DNA from: Bacteroidia bacterium
GTDB taxonomy: Bacteria; Bacteroidota; Bacteroidia; UKL13-3
Reading direction: 5' to 3'
DNA: 64,000 nt
Assembly (NCBI GenBank): GCA_046296495.1
Contig: JBKBLB010000002.1
Location: forward strand, 22,590 to 86,589
Below are positions 18,843 through 28,439 of the stretch, one piece after another; positions within the stretch are counted from its first letter, which is position 1; each line of letters opens with the position of its first letter. Below the pieces are notes generated by a model, which saw only the letters and a list, made by a program, of their open reading frames with translations, was not told the DNA's origin and made no database searches. The position numbers and the translations under genes are program-made.

Positions 18843-19083
18843 TACTGAGGAAATTTTGTTTTAAAGGGTTGCGAATATAGTAGTATTTAACTCAAATTCA
18901 AAACATATTAATAAAATTTGATAACTTTAATTTAATAAGTGATTTATAAATTGTTAATTATCAATCTAATGAATAATAATTAAATTGAGTTTATTTTGGT
19001 AACTGTTTTCTGTTTTTATTTAAATTATTTACGAATGATATATTTAGCAACTTTCAGAAACGTGAAAAATCAAATTTCAATAA

Positions 19084-21126
19084 ATGAATAAACTTAATAT
19101 TCTATTATTTTTAATTATACCAATATTTTATTCATTCAGTAAATATAAGTTATCAGATAAAGATAAATTAAATATTGATTTTGAAAAAAGTTTAAATTTA
19201 ACTGCACAATGCTTACATAAATTATATGCTTTTGACACAATAAACACTTTAAAGCTATTTGATAAAATAATAGAATACGATGCTTTAAAACAAAATTATA
19301 TTACAAATTGGTTTGTTTATTACACTAAAGCCGCAATTCAAAGTGATTTATTTTTTAATACCGACTCAGGAATATTTTACGCTGATAAAGCATTAGATTT
19401 AGCATTAAAAAATTATGACAGAGAGTTGATGATTAGAAGCTATATAAAGAAAATTGATTTATTGGAAAGAATAAAAGATGATGAAATGATTTTAGAATAT
19501 TCGTATAGAATAAGTGATTTGCTAAAAGAAAATAAAGGTGAAATTAACCATATAGATATTTTTCATTATTTTAACAGAATTGGAACTGTTTATTTTAGAG
19601 AAGGATATACAGAACTTGCATTATACAATTTTAAAATAGCACTACTAAAAGTAATTAATTCATCAAAAATTTATTCAGATTACGAATATTGGATTCAAAA
19701 CATATTAAACAATATTGGGATGTGTTATGAAGAGCAAGGAAATTACCAAAAAGCAGAAAAATATTATAAACTGGCAATCATAAATTCAAAAAAATCTAAA
19801 AATATTGAAAGGGCTTTAGGCGTAAATTACGCTAGCCTTGCCGCTTTATACCACAAACAAAAAAAGTATGCAGATGCCGAAAAATTCTACCGAAAAGCAT
19901 TAAATTTTGCTTTGAAATTTGAAAACAGAGAAATAGAGCATGGAATAGGTTCATTATTGCGTTTTTCGGATTTGTTGATTGAATTAAATAGGTTGAATGA
20001 GGCAGATTCTGCTTTATCAAACGCTTTTGTTTTAATTAATAATTATAATGTTAAACATCATCTTAAAGTTTATAATTATACAAAATCAAAAATTGAAAGT
20101 AAAAAAGGTAATTACAAGTTATCAAATAATTATTTGATAAATTATATTAAGTTGTTGGATGAAGAAAATATAGAAAAAAGAAAATTTTCTGCAGCTAAGA
20201 TATTAATGACTAAAAATCTGAGAAACATTGAAAATGAAAACAGAAATCTAGAGGCTAAACTTGCCATAGAAAAATCAACATCTTTTGTTTACAGAATATT
20301 TAGCATAACGGTTTTTATATTCTTTTTGATAATATTTATCATTTTGTACAGGCAACATCAAAACAATAAAAAACTTGCAGAGTTAAATTATCAAATAGAA
20401 GAATCAAATACCAATTTAAAACAAATAAACAGAAAGCTTGAAAGCTTAAATAAGCAAAAAACATATTTAATTAATACAGTAGCACATGATTTAAGAAATC
20501 CAATAAGAAATATAAATGTATTATGTGATTTTATAGATAAAGTAAATTTAAATAAAGAGGATTTAGATGTATTAAAAATGATTAAAACCAGCAGTGTAAA
20601 TGCTTCAATTATTGTTGAAGATATTTTGGATCAAGCATTAATTGAAAATGCAACCATTAAACTTACTAAAAAGAAAATTGACTTAGCTGTTGTTGTAAAA
20701 GAAACAATTGACTTGGTTTATTATATGTCTCGAAACAAAAATATTGATATAAATTTTGAGCATGTAGGTGATTTTTGGGTTTTAGTTGATGAAAGTCGAA
20801 TAAGCAGGGTAATACAGAATTTATTAACCAATGCAATTAAATATAGCGAAGCAAATTCGAAAGTATATATTGAATTAAAAAAAGTGGATAAGCATGTTTT
20901 GCTAACTGTTAAAGATTATGGTGTAGGAATTCCTCGTGAGAAATTAACAAAAATATTTGAACCATTTACAAAATATAATTCTACAGGAACAGCATCCGAA
21001 AGATCTTATGGTTTGGGTCTTTCAATAACCAAAAAAATTGTTGAATTGCACAATGGTAAAATTGATGTTGAAAGTGAACCGGGAAAAGGAGCTAAATTTA
21101 TGGTTACCATACCTATAACAACATAA
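19084..21126 (+). CDS. TPR-repeat-containing sensor histidine kinase (orphan)
   Basis: 680 aa. An N-terminal signal/TM is followed by multiple TPR-like repeats, a TM helix (IFSITVFIFFLIIFIILY), an H-box (VAHDLRNPIRN) and a HATPase_c domain (NLLTNAIKYS, DYGVGI, GLGLSITKKIV). Confidence 0.8.
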   Translation: MNKLNILLFLIIPIFYSFSKYKLSDKDKLNIDFEKSLNLTAQCLHKLYAFDTINTLKLFDKIIEYDALKQNYITNWFVYYTKAAIQSDLFFNTDSGIFYADKALDLALKNYDRELMIRSYIKKIDLLERIKDDEMILEYSYRISDLLKENKGEINHIDIFHYFNRIGTVYFREGYTELALYNFKIALLKVINSSKIYSDYEYWIQNILNNIGMCYEEQGNYQKAEKYYKLAIINSKKSKNIERALGVNYASLAALYHKQKKYADAEKFYRKALNFALKFENREIEHGIGSLLRFSDLLIELNRLNEADSALSNAFVLINNYNVKHHLKVYNYTKSKIESKKGNYKLSNNYLINYIKLLDEENIEKRKFSAAKILMTKNLRNIENENRNLEAKLAIEKSTSFVYRIFSITVFIFFLIIFIILYRQHQNNKKLAELNYQIEESNTNLKQINRKLESLNKQKTYLINTVAHDLRNPIRNINVLCDFIDKVNLNKEDLDVLKMIKTSSVNASIIVEDILDQALIENATIKLTKKKIDLAVVVKETIDLVYYMSRNKNIDINFEHVGDFWVLVDESRISRVIQNLLTNAIKYSEANSKVYIELKKVDKHVLLTVKDYGVGIPREKLTKIFEPFTKYNSTGTASERSYGLGLSITKKIVELHNGKIDVESEPGKGAKFMVTIPITT

Positions 21127-21174
21127 TTTGTTAACAACACCCAAAAGTACTTTTTAAAATAATAATTTAGTGGC

Positions 21175-22917
21175 ATGGAAAATTTTGTGGTAAGCGCACG
21201 TAAGTATCGTCCTGCCAGGTTTGATACTGTGATAGGGCAAGAGCATGTTGTAAATACACTTAAAAATGCCATTAAAAATCATCATTTGGCTCATGCTTTT
21301 TTATTTTGTGGTCCCAGAGGTGTTGGAAAAACAACCAGTGCCCGCTTACTTGCTAAAACTATTAATTGTACGAATTTAACAGATGAAATAGAAGCTTGCA
21401 ACGAATGCGAAAGTTGTAAATCGTTTAATAATAATTCCAGTTTTAATGTTTACGAGCTTGATGCAGCCTCTAACAACTCGGTTGAAGATATTAGGGCATT
21501 GGTTGATCAGGTACGTTATGCACCACAGGGTTCAAAATATAAAATATATATAATTGATGAGGTACACATGTTGTCATCTCAGGCTTTTAATGCATTTTTA
21601 AAAACTTTGGAAGAACCGCCATCGTATGCGAAATTTATATTGGCAACAACCGAAAAACATAAAATATTACCAACTATTTTAAGTCGCTGTCAGATTTTCG
21701 ATTTTCACAGAATTGGTGTAAACGATGCGGTAAAACAACTTAAAGAAATTTGCAAAAAAGAAAATATTGAAGCTGAAACCGAAGCCTTACACACCATTGC
21801 ACTTAAAGCAGATGGTGCTATGCGCGATGCCCTTTCGATATTTGATAGAATTGTTAGCTTTTCGGGTAATAAAATTACTTATAACGATGTAATTTCAAAT
21901 CTTAATATTCTTGATTATGAATATTATTTTAAATCAACTAACCTGTTGTTGGCCAATAATATGGCAGGAATGATTTTATTGTTTGATGAAATTTTAACTA
22001 ATGGATTCGATGGATTACAATACATAACAGGATTTGAAGAACACATTAGAAATTTAATGGTATGCAAATTTCCAGATACCAATAAATTATTACAAGTTTC
22101 TGAATCGGTTGCAATAAAGTACAAACAACAAGCTAACTCTTGCAGTGCAGGATTTTTAATTAATGCACTAAATATTTTAAGCAACTGCGAGTTAAATTAT
22201 AAACAAAGCAACAACCAACGATTATATGTTGAATTAACACTCTTAAAACTCTGTAATTTACTTCAGGTTATTAACCCATCAGCTCAGCAACCAATGGTTG
22301 ATGAGAAAAAAAAAATGATTGACAGTTCTGAAAATGAAAATGCTACTATAAATATTCAAAAAAATCAAAACGAAGAAGATTTAAGTAATAATCAATCAAT
22401 ACATCAAAGACCTGTTGCCGATATTCCGCAAGGGAGTGCAAGTAATAGACTTGAAAAATTAAAACAAAAGCTTAAAGAACAACTTCAAAATAAATCTCAG
22501 GATGATTTTAATGGCGAAAATATTGAAAATGAAATAGAAGAAATTAACAACAATATAACTGAAGATGACTTTGCCAATGTTTGGAACAGTTATATTGAGC
22601 ATCTGATGAAAAGCAATAAAACACGTATAAGCAGTTTTTTAAATCAGGCAAAAAAAACATTAAACAACCACACGGTATTGATAGAATTAAGGAGTAAACT
22701 TGAAGCAGACTTGTTTAATGAAGAAAGAATTGAAATGATTCCCTTTTTTAGAAATAGGCTTCAAAATACTTTGTTTGAATTTGAAGTTATAGTTAACGAA
22801 CAATTAATAGAAACAACTAAAGCACTTACCAAGCAGGAACAGCTTAAAATTATAACTGATAAAAATCCGGCAATAGCAACATTAATACAAAAACTTGGAC
22901 TCGAAATTGATTACTAA
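21175..22917 (+). CDS. dnaX: DNA polymerase III subunit tau/gamma
   Basis: Walker A CGPRGVGKTTSAR, a Zn module CNECESCKSF, an SRC motif and a tau-specific C-terminal region. Confidence 0.9.
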   Translation: MENFVVSARKYRPARFDTVIGQEHVVNTLKNAIKNHHLAHAFLFCGPRGVGKTTSARLLAKTINCTNLTDEIEACNECESCKSFNNNSSFNVYELDAASNNSVEDIRALVDQVRYAPQGSKYKIYIIDEVHMLSSQAFNAFLKTLEEPPSYAKFILATTEKHKILPTILSRCQIFDFHRIGVNDAVKQLKEICKKENIEAETEALHTIALKADGAMRDALSIFDRIVSFSGNKITYNDVISNLNILDYEYYFKSTNLLLANNMAGMILLFDEILTNGFDGLQYITGFEEHIRNLMVCKFPDTNKLLQVSESVAIKYKQQANSCSAGFLINALNILSNCELNYKQSNNQRLYVELTLLKLCNLLQVINPSAQQPMVDEKKKMIDSSENENATINIQKNQNEEDLSNNQSIHQRPVADIPQGSASNRLEKLKQKLKEQLQNKSQDDFNGENIENEIEEINNNITEDDFANVWNSYIEHLMKSNKTRISSFLNQAKKTLNNHTVLIELRSKLEADLFNEERIEMIPFFRNRLQNTLFEFEVIVNEQLIETTKALTKQEQLKIITDKNPAIATLIQKLGLEIDY

Positions 22918-22924
22918 ATAAAAC

Positions 22925-23521
22925 ATGCAAAAAATAAAACAAGGTATTGTTTGGCAAATTAGGCGAATAATAAATTATTTTTTAAAAGGCTTATTAATAA
23001 GCTTGCCCGTAATTGTTACTTATAAAATAATAAAAACACTTGTTATTACCTTAGATGAGTTTTTGGAATTGGAGACACCGGGTTTAGGAATTTTAATAGT
23101 AATTACGTCTCTCATATTTATTGGCATAGTTGGTTCAAGCTTTATTATACAACCATTGCTTGATGTGCTTGACGATATATTTTCTAAAATACCTTTTGTA
23201 AAAATAATTTACACTTCGGTAAAAGATTTAATTGAAGCATTTGTTGGCGAGAAAAAGAAGTTTAATAAACCTGTTTTGGTTGAGTTTACAAGTGGTGTTT
23301 ATAAACCCGGATTTGTAACACAAGATGATTGTAACGAGTTTAACCTTCCTGAAATTACCGCAGTTTATTTTCCGCATTCGTATGCATTTAGCGGTAATGT
23401 TTTTTTAGTTGAATGCAATAAAATAAAACCATACAAAGGCAATCAGGCCGATTTTATGAAGTATATTATTTCTGGTGCTGTAACAAAAATTGGCTCAACC
23501 GCAAATGAAAATAATAATTGA
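22925..23521 (+). CDS. DUF502 family membrane protein
   Basis: 198 aa, two TM helices, DUF502-like sequence. Confidence 0.7.
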   Translation: MQKIKQGIVWQIRRIINYFLKGLLISLPVIVTYKIIKTLVITLDEFLELETPGLGILIVITSLIFIGIVGSSFIIQPLLDVLDDIFSKIPFVKIIYTSVKDLIEAFVGEKKKFNKPVLVEFTSGVYKPGFVTQDDCNEFNLPEITAVYFPHSYAFSGNVFLVECNKIKPYKGNQADFMKYIISGAVTKIGSTANENNN

Positions 23522-24386
23522 TTTTTTAAGGCTTATTAGGCTTTCTAACCTGTTAATGGTTGCACTTACACAGTTTTTTGCACTTTACTTTTTAAATAAA
23601 TACACTTATTTTTTTGAATTACTTTCCGGTGATTTGATTTTGTTGGTATTAAGTACTGTACTATCTGCAGCAGCAGGCTATATAATTAATGATTATATGG
23701 ATGTAAAACTAGATTTGATTAATAAACCGCATAGGGTAATTATTGGAAATACCATTAGTAGAAGATGGGCCATGTTGCTTCATTTTATTTTAAATTTATT
23801 GGCAGTAAGTTTTGCATACTTAGTAAACTTAAAAGTTTTTGTATTGGTTTTTTTTTCAACCATCATACTTTGGCTATATTCTCAGTTTTTAAAAAAAACA
23901 TATTTGGCAGGAAATATTATGGTAGCTCTGCTTACCGCCCTTACACTTATTATACTTTTATTTTACGATGAAAGTATTAGTAAGGCAGGTATTTTTACAT
24001 ACAGCATTTTTGCTTTTTTTACTACTTTATTTCGCGAAATAATTAAGGATACAGAAGACATGAAGGGCGATGAAAAGTTTAAAGCATCTACCTACCCGAT
24101 TGTTAAAGGCGTAAGAAAAACAAAAAATCTGCTTATAGCGTTACAAATAATAATTTTAATTCTGGTTTTTACATTTACATCGTTATTTGGCGCTTTAAGT
24201 ATGGCAAAGCCTAAAACATCGTTTTTGTTTATTATTTATTCGTTGTTTTTAGTTTGTGTGCCAATGGTTATAAATTTATGGCTTTTAAAAACAGCAGATG
24301 TAAAAAGTGATTTTTCGAGATTAAGTTTTTTGAGTAAAATAAATATGCTTACCGGAATATTTAGCATGGTTTTTTGGAAATACTAA
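23505..24386 (+). CDS. UbiA-family prenyltransferase
   Basis: Multi-TM; the Asp-rich motif AAAGYIINDYMDVKLD. The ATG at 23505 is preferred over the tracked TTG at 23490, and the gene overlaps the previous one. Confidence 0.7.
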   Translation: MKIIIDFLRLIRLSNLLMVALTQFFALYFLNKYTYFFELLSGDLILLVLSTVLSAAAGYIINDYMDVKLDLINKPHRVIIGNTISRRWAMLLHFILNLLAVSFAYLVNLKVFVLVFFSTIILWLYSQFLKKTYLAGNIMVALLTALTLIILLFYDESISKAGIFTYSIFAFFTTLFREIIKDTEDMKGDEKFKASTYPIVKGVRKTKNLLIALQIIILILVFTFTSLFGALSMAKPKTSFLFIIYSLFLVCVPMVINLWLLKTADVKSDFSRLSFLSKINMLTGIFSMVFWKY

Positions 24387-24652
24387 ACTATTTTAAAATC
24401 GCTGAAAATCTCAGTTGGTTCAATTGCTTCAACAATTAAATTTTCAACTTTACTTAAAGGAGAACCCTTCCAAAGTCGCTTTTCAAATTCCTGTAAAGCC
24501 TCAGTAGTTCCGGTTGCAACACATTGTACCGATTTGTCAGGTAAATTTTTAACCCATCCTTTAATACCAAGTTCTTTAGCATTTTCTAAAGTGTATTGCC
24601 TAAAATATACTTGCTGAACACGGCCTTTAATGGTAAATTTTAATGTTTTCAT
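24383..24652 (-). CDS. acyP: Acylphosphatase
   Basis: 89 aa; the GRVQQVYFRQYT...GWVKNLPD signature. Confidence 0.8.
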   Translation of the reverse strand: MKTLKFTIKGRVQQVYFRQYTLENAKELGIKGWVKNLPDKSVQCVATGTTEALQEFEKRLWKGSPLSKVENLIVEAIEPTEIFSDFKIV

Positions 24653-25116
24653 ATAACATCATTTTCGAGTTTGTGTATTAAATTTTCGCAACAGGTTTTT
24701 AAAATTTCATAAACTTCGTTAAAGTCATTCATATTGCCATAGTAGGGGTCTGGCACATCCATTTGTTCTAATTGGTTATCAAAATTTCTCATCAATTTAA
24801 CTTTAGCTTTTACACCATAGGGCTTAAGCATATCAATATCTCGTAAATTGTTTCTATCCATTGCAATTATCAAATCAAAGTTGTTAAAATCAGTTTTGGT
24901 AAATTGTCTTGCTCGGTGATTAATTGGTACATTGTTTTTTTCTGCTACCTCTATGGTTCTGTTGTCGGGTTGTTTGCCAATATGGTACGATGCTGTGCCG
25001 GCACTATCGCATAAATATTTTTCAGTAAGTCCTTTTTTTTCAAGCAAATCATTGAATATAGCTTCGGCAAGCGGACTGCGACAAATGTTTCCAAGGCATA
25101 CAAATAATATTTTCAT
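24649..25116 (-). CDS. Low-molecular-weight protein-tyrosine phosphatase
   Basis: P-loop LFVCLGNICRSPLAEA; a DPYY motif near the C-terminus. Confidence 0.85.
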   Translation of the reverse strand: MKILFVCLGNICRSPLAEAIFNDLLEKKGLTEKYLCDSAGTASYHIGKQPDNRTIEVAEKNNVPINHRARQFTKTDFNNFDLIIAMDRNNLRDIDMLKPYGVKAKVKLMRNFDNQLEQMDVPDPYYGNMNDFNEVYEILKTCCENLIHKLENDVI

Positions 25117-25164
25117 TCAATGTCAATTTTATGTAATTTGCAATAAAATCAATATATTTTTTAT

Positions 25165-26355
25165 TTGAACCAAATCTTGAGGTATTTATTTTCAATAATA
25201 TTCATCATACTAATTGTTGATGTATTGGCACAGCAAAAAAAAAACCATTATGGTTTTGGATTAAAATTTCTTTTTGGCTATCATGCAGCAGCCAATAGGC
25301 AATCTCTTTATCTTCCTGTTTACGATGCAAACGGTAATATTGTTGGACGTACCTGGGATTATGGCCCATCAATGGATGGTTTTCCATTGGCAATTGATTT
25401 AAGTTTGTTAAGAATCAATAAACAACAAACAAAATTTAATCAATATTTCGGCAATCCGCTTACCGGAATTACATATACAGCCATGATGGTAAATAATACA
25501 GATACATTTGGCTTTAATCATGCTGTTGTTCCATTTGCTGAAGTTAGGCTCAAGCAAACTAATAAATACCAATTAAATGCGCATGTAGGATACGGCTTAA
25601 GCTATGTAACAAAATTATATGATTTTGAGAAAAATTTCGATAACAGAGCAATTGCAACACCAATAAATTTTGCATTAAATTTTGGTTTGAGCTATCATAT
25701 TAAACTAGCCGAAAAAAGAGAATTAAGTACTATAATTAAATATCACCACGTAAGTAACGGCAGTACCAAAATGCCAAACGGAGGTTTTAATATGTTATTG
25801 GTTGGAATTGGTTTAAATTTTACTGAATCGGATTTTTTTAACCTGGCTGAGCCTAATAATTTGAAAACAGACGAAAGATATTTTTATATAATGAGTCATA
25901 TTGCAGGAAGTTATCGCGAAATTGGGTACTTTAGAGATACTAAGGGTTTTTATGTATTGGCAAATAGCAATACGTTATTTTACAAAATAAACCAATTGCT
26001 TTCTTTGGGTGCCGGTGTAGATTTTTTTTATGACCCAAGTCCTTACTTATCAAAAAATATAAGTTTACCACTAAGTAAAGTTTATGAAAGTAATAAAAAG
26101 TATGCGGGTGCAGGTTTTGCTTCAAATTTTAGGTTTAGCAGGTTTTTTATACCTGTTGGCTTTTATACTTATTTAAATAACAGAAATAATATGCTAAACC
26201 AAAACTATATTAGGTTTGGTTTAGGTTTTCAATTAACCGAAAAATTTTATTGTGGCAGTTTTTTTAAAGGCACATTAAAAGGAGGCACTAAATTAGAATC
26301 TGATTTTATGGAGTGGAGTTTGGGTTTTAAATTGCCTTTTAAAAGAAATAAGTAG
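25165..26355 (+). CDS. Acyloxyacyl hydrolase / lipid A deacylase PagL-like outer-membrane protein (tandem-domain)
   Basis: 396 aa with a signal peptide. The first half carries a PagL-type HxSNG motif (HHVSNGSTKMPNGGFN). The second ~180 aa look like a degenerate repeat of the barrel. Confidence 0.5.
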   Translation: MNQILRYLFSIIFIILIVDVLAQQKKNHYGFGLKFLFGYHAAANRQSLYLPVYDANGNIVGRTWDYGPSMDGFPLAIDLSLLRINKQQTKFNQYFGNPLTGITYTAMMVNNTDTFGFNHAVVPFAEVRLKQTNKYQLNAHVGYGLSYVTKLYDFEKNFDNRAIATPINFALNFGLSYHIKLAEKRELSTIIKYHHVSNGSTKMPNGGFNMLLVGIGLNFTESDFFNLAEPNNLKTDERYFYIMSHIAGSYREIGYFRDTKGFYVLANSNTLFYKINQLLSLGAGVDFFYDPSPYLSKNISLPLSKVYESNKKYAGAGFASNFRFSRFFIPVGFYTYLNNRNNMLNQNYIRFGLGFQLTEKFYCGSFFKGTLKGGTKLESDFMEWSLGFKLPFKRNK

Positions 26356-26357
26356 TA

Positions 26358-27833
26358 TTACCTGTTGTTGCTATAGCCCGAAAACTCAAGCGTATTAAAA
26401 ATTACGAAGCTTGTATTTCCTTTTATTGGTTTTATTTCAGTTGTAAAATTTCGTTTAGCACCACCGCTGCCAGTGGCTGTAAATTCTAATTTTTGAGAAC
26501 CCTCGTGTAATGGAATTCTGGTGTAAAAAATACTATGTGGTAAAAGTTGCCAATTGCGTGTATCGGCCTGTTCGCTCACTGCGCCATATATTTGTGCAGC
26601 TAGTCCTAATCCGCTGCCTTGGTTTTGTTGTTTTAGTTGGTGAGCCAGTAATTGCTTAAGTGCTACACGCATAATACCCTTGCTTAGTTCGGCCAGTTCT
26701 CGGTCTTCTAAACTTTTGTAAGCAATGGCATTTACGTTTTGAGCCAATTGAAATTGATAATTTTGATTGTTAACTTTAATTGTAGCAGATTGGTAAACCG
26801 GATTTCTGGTTTGATATTGAGGCAAAGCCATTCTAATTATTTTCAAATCAAGTAAACTTTTGCGTTGGTTGTCGTCATCTAACTTTATGGGTATTGATAT
26901 ACCTAAATCCCAATTGGTAAATTCAACCCAGCCGGGATGATTGGCATAAGGAATAACGGTAAAGTTTATGCTTTTTTGAGTTTTTATTGGCCCAAAACCG
27001 TTGTTCCAAAATACAACAGCATTTGTTTTATTAGATAATGAAGATGGATTAAATTTTATATTGAATTCTTTTTCGTAAAAAGCTACTTCGTCATTAAATC
27101 CGGTTTGGTATGCAGTTCTTATGATGTCAATTTTTAATTGCTCAGGCACATCGGTATTAAATTTTTTTGAATAGTCATCTTTATATATTTTATATGCATT
27201 TCGGTAAGCTATAAATGCATTGTTAGGGTCATTATTGGCATCATAAACTATTCCGGCTAGCAAATGTGCAAAAGCATCAACTTTATACTTATTGTTATTT
27301 TTGTATTTATCGGTTATACGCTGCATTTTGCTCAACATTCGTTTGGTTTCAATTAGGGCACTTTCTTTATCGTTTATCATTAGATAATTTAAAGCACCAT
27401 AATAGTGAATCATAACCTGTTCAAACGATTCTCCGGCATAAGTTGTAATATTGGGGTTTGAAATTAATGCTAATGCTTCGTTGCCAACATTTTTATGATA
27501 GTCTTCAACAAAATAGTCGGCATGCCTAAAATAATTAATGCTTTCGCTAAAATTATTGTTTAAAAATAAAACGGTACCTTTATTAAGATAAAACAAAAGC
27601 CTGTTACGTGCAGGTTTTTGCATTTTCTTGTCGTCTTTTAGTATTTGGGCTGCAAGAGAAAAGTTACCCTTATAAACAGCATTCATCATTTTGCTGTTTT
27701 TTTGATAATAACTTGAGCAGCCTGAAAATACTACAATAAACAAAACCAAGGCATATTGTAGCCCTGAAAATTTCATTATTATAGTTTTTATGAATTTAGT
27801 TTTTAATGTATTTTTTAATTTGCTTTTCGCCAA
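26358..27833 (-). CDS. Large uncharacterised lipoprotein (TPR-like helical), co-transcribed with the LpoB-like gene
   Basis: 491 aa; probable start at MKFSGLQYALVLFIVVFSGCSS (lipobox). It overlaps the upstream LpoB-like gene by 38 nt. Confidence 0.5.
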   Translation of the reverse strand: MAKSKLKNTLKTKFIKTIIMKFSGLQYALVLFIVVFSGCSSYYQKNSKMMNAVYKGNFSLAAQILKDDKKMQKPARNRLLFYLNKGTVLFLNNNFSESINYFRHADYFVEDYHKNVGNEALALISNPNITTYAGESFEQVMIHYYGALNYLMINDKESALIETKRMLSKMQRITDKYKNNNKYKVDAFAHLLAGIVYDANNDPNNAFIAYRNAYKIYKDDYSKKFNTDVPEQLKIDIIRTAYQTGFNDEVAFYEKEFNIKFNPSSLSNKTNAVVFWNNGFGPIKTQKSINFTVIPYANHPGWVEFTNWDLGISIPIKLDDDNQRKSLLDLKIIRMALPQYQTRNPVYQSATIKVNNQNYQFQLAQNVNAIAYKSLEDRELAELSKGIMRVALKQLLAHQLKQQNQGSGLGLAAQIYGAVSEQADTRNWQLLPHSIFYTRIPLHEGSQKLEFTATGSGGAKRNFTTEIKPIKGNTSFVIFNTLEFSGYSNNR

Positions 27834-28386
27834 TCCACACTTTTTCGTTGGTTTCTATGTTGGTAAGCTCAAGATTTACCTGATACAGAACTGTTTTTTC
27901 TTTTTTGTATTGATCTTCAATAGAACTAATTACACCGGTTAGCATAAAATCAGCACCTTTTTCTTTGGCCCAGCGTTTTGCAGTTGCCGGGTCTGCAAAA
28001 ATCTTTTGGTCGCTGCGCTCATCTCTAACCTGATTGCGGTCTTCGCCACTTTGAACCACGGTTACTGTTTGGTCGTTTACCATGGCTCGTTCCATATTTT
28101 TTATAAATGTAGTGGCATCAATATGCTCGCTTGTTCTGTTGCGTATTTGCCCAACAATTAAAACAGGTTTTTTACCACCATTCTCATTTCTAAAATTATT
28201 TAACCATGGCCTCGTTAAAACATCTTTCATCATTTCTTCTGCAACCAAACGGCTGTCGGTAGCATTCCATCTGCCGCTTAAATCAATAACTTCATTCGTG
28301 CTAACACGCTCTACTCTTCTGTTGGTTCCGCATGATGATAGAATTAATGTAGCGGTTAAACTTGCTGCTAAAATCAGGTTTTTCAT
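27796..28386 (-). CDS. Penicillin-binding protein activator LpoB-like lipoprotein
   Basis: Lipobox LSSCG. The region VLIVGQIRNRTSEHIDATTFIKNMERAM...ADFMLTGVISSIE...LYQVNLELTNIETNEKVWIGE parallels E. coli LpoB (VLLVDSVNNRTNGSLNAAEATETLRNAL...AHYVLYSSASGNV...LQMQLMLVQTGEIIWSGK). Confidence 0.55.
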   Translation of the reverse strand: MKNLILAASLTATLILSSCGTNRRVERVSTNEVIDLSGRWNATDSRLVAEEMMKDVLTRPWLNNFRNENGGKKPVLIVGQIRNRTSEHIDATTFIKNMERAMVNDQTVTVVQSGEDRNQVRDERSDQKIFADPATAKRWAKEKGADFMLTGVISSIEDQYKKEKTVLYQVNLELTNIETNEKVWIGEKQIKKYIKN

Positions 28387-28439
28387 TTTTTATATTGTTA
28401 TATTTTATTGTTTACAAATAACGTTCCAAAATTAATTTA

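Noticed and set aside
18843-19083. Bacteroidota-type promoter (TTTG / TAnnTTTG) calls for the rpsF operon and the TPR-kinase gene
   Set aside because: Only near-matches (one T short) were found in this very AT-rich 241-nt region. I am not confident enough to place -7/-33 elements by eye.
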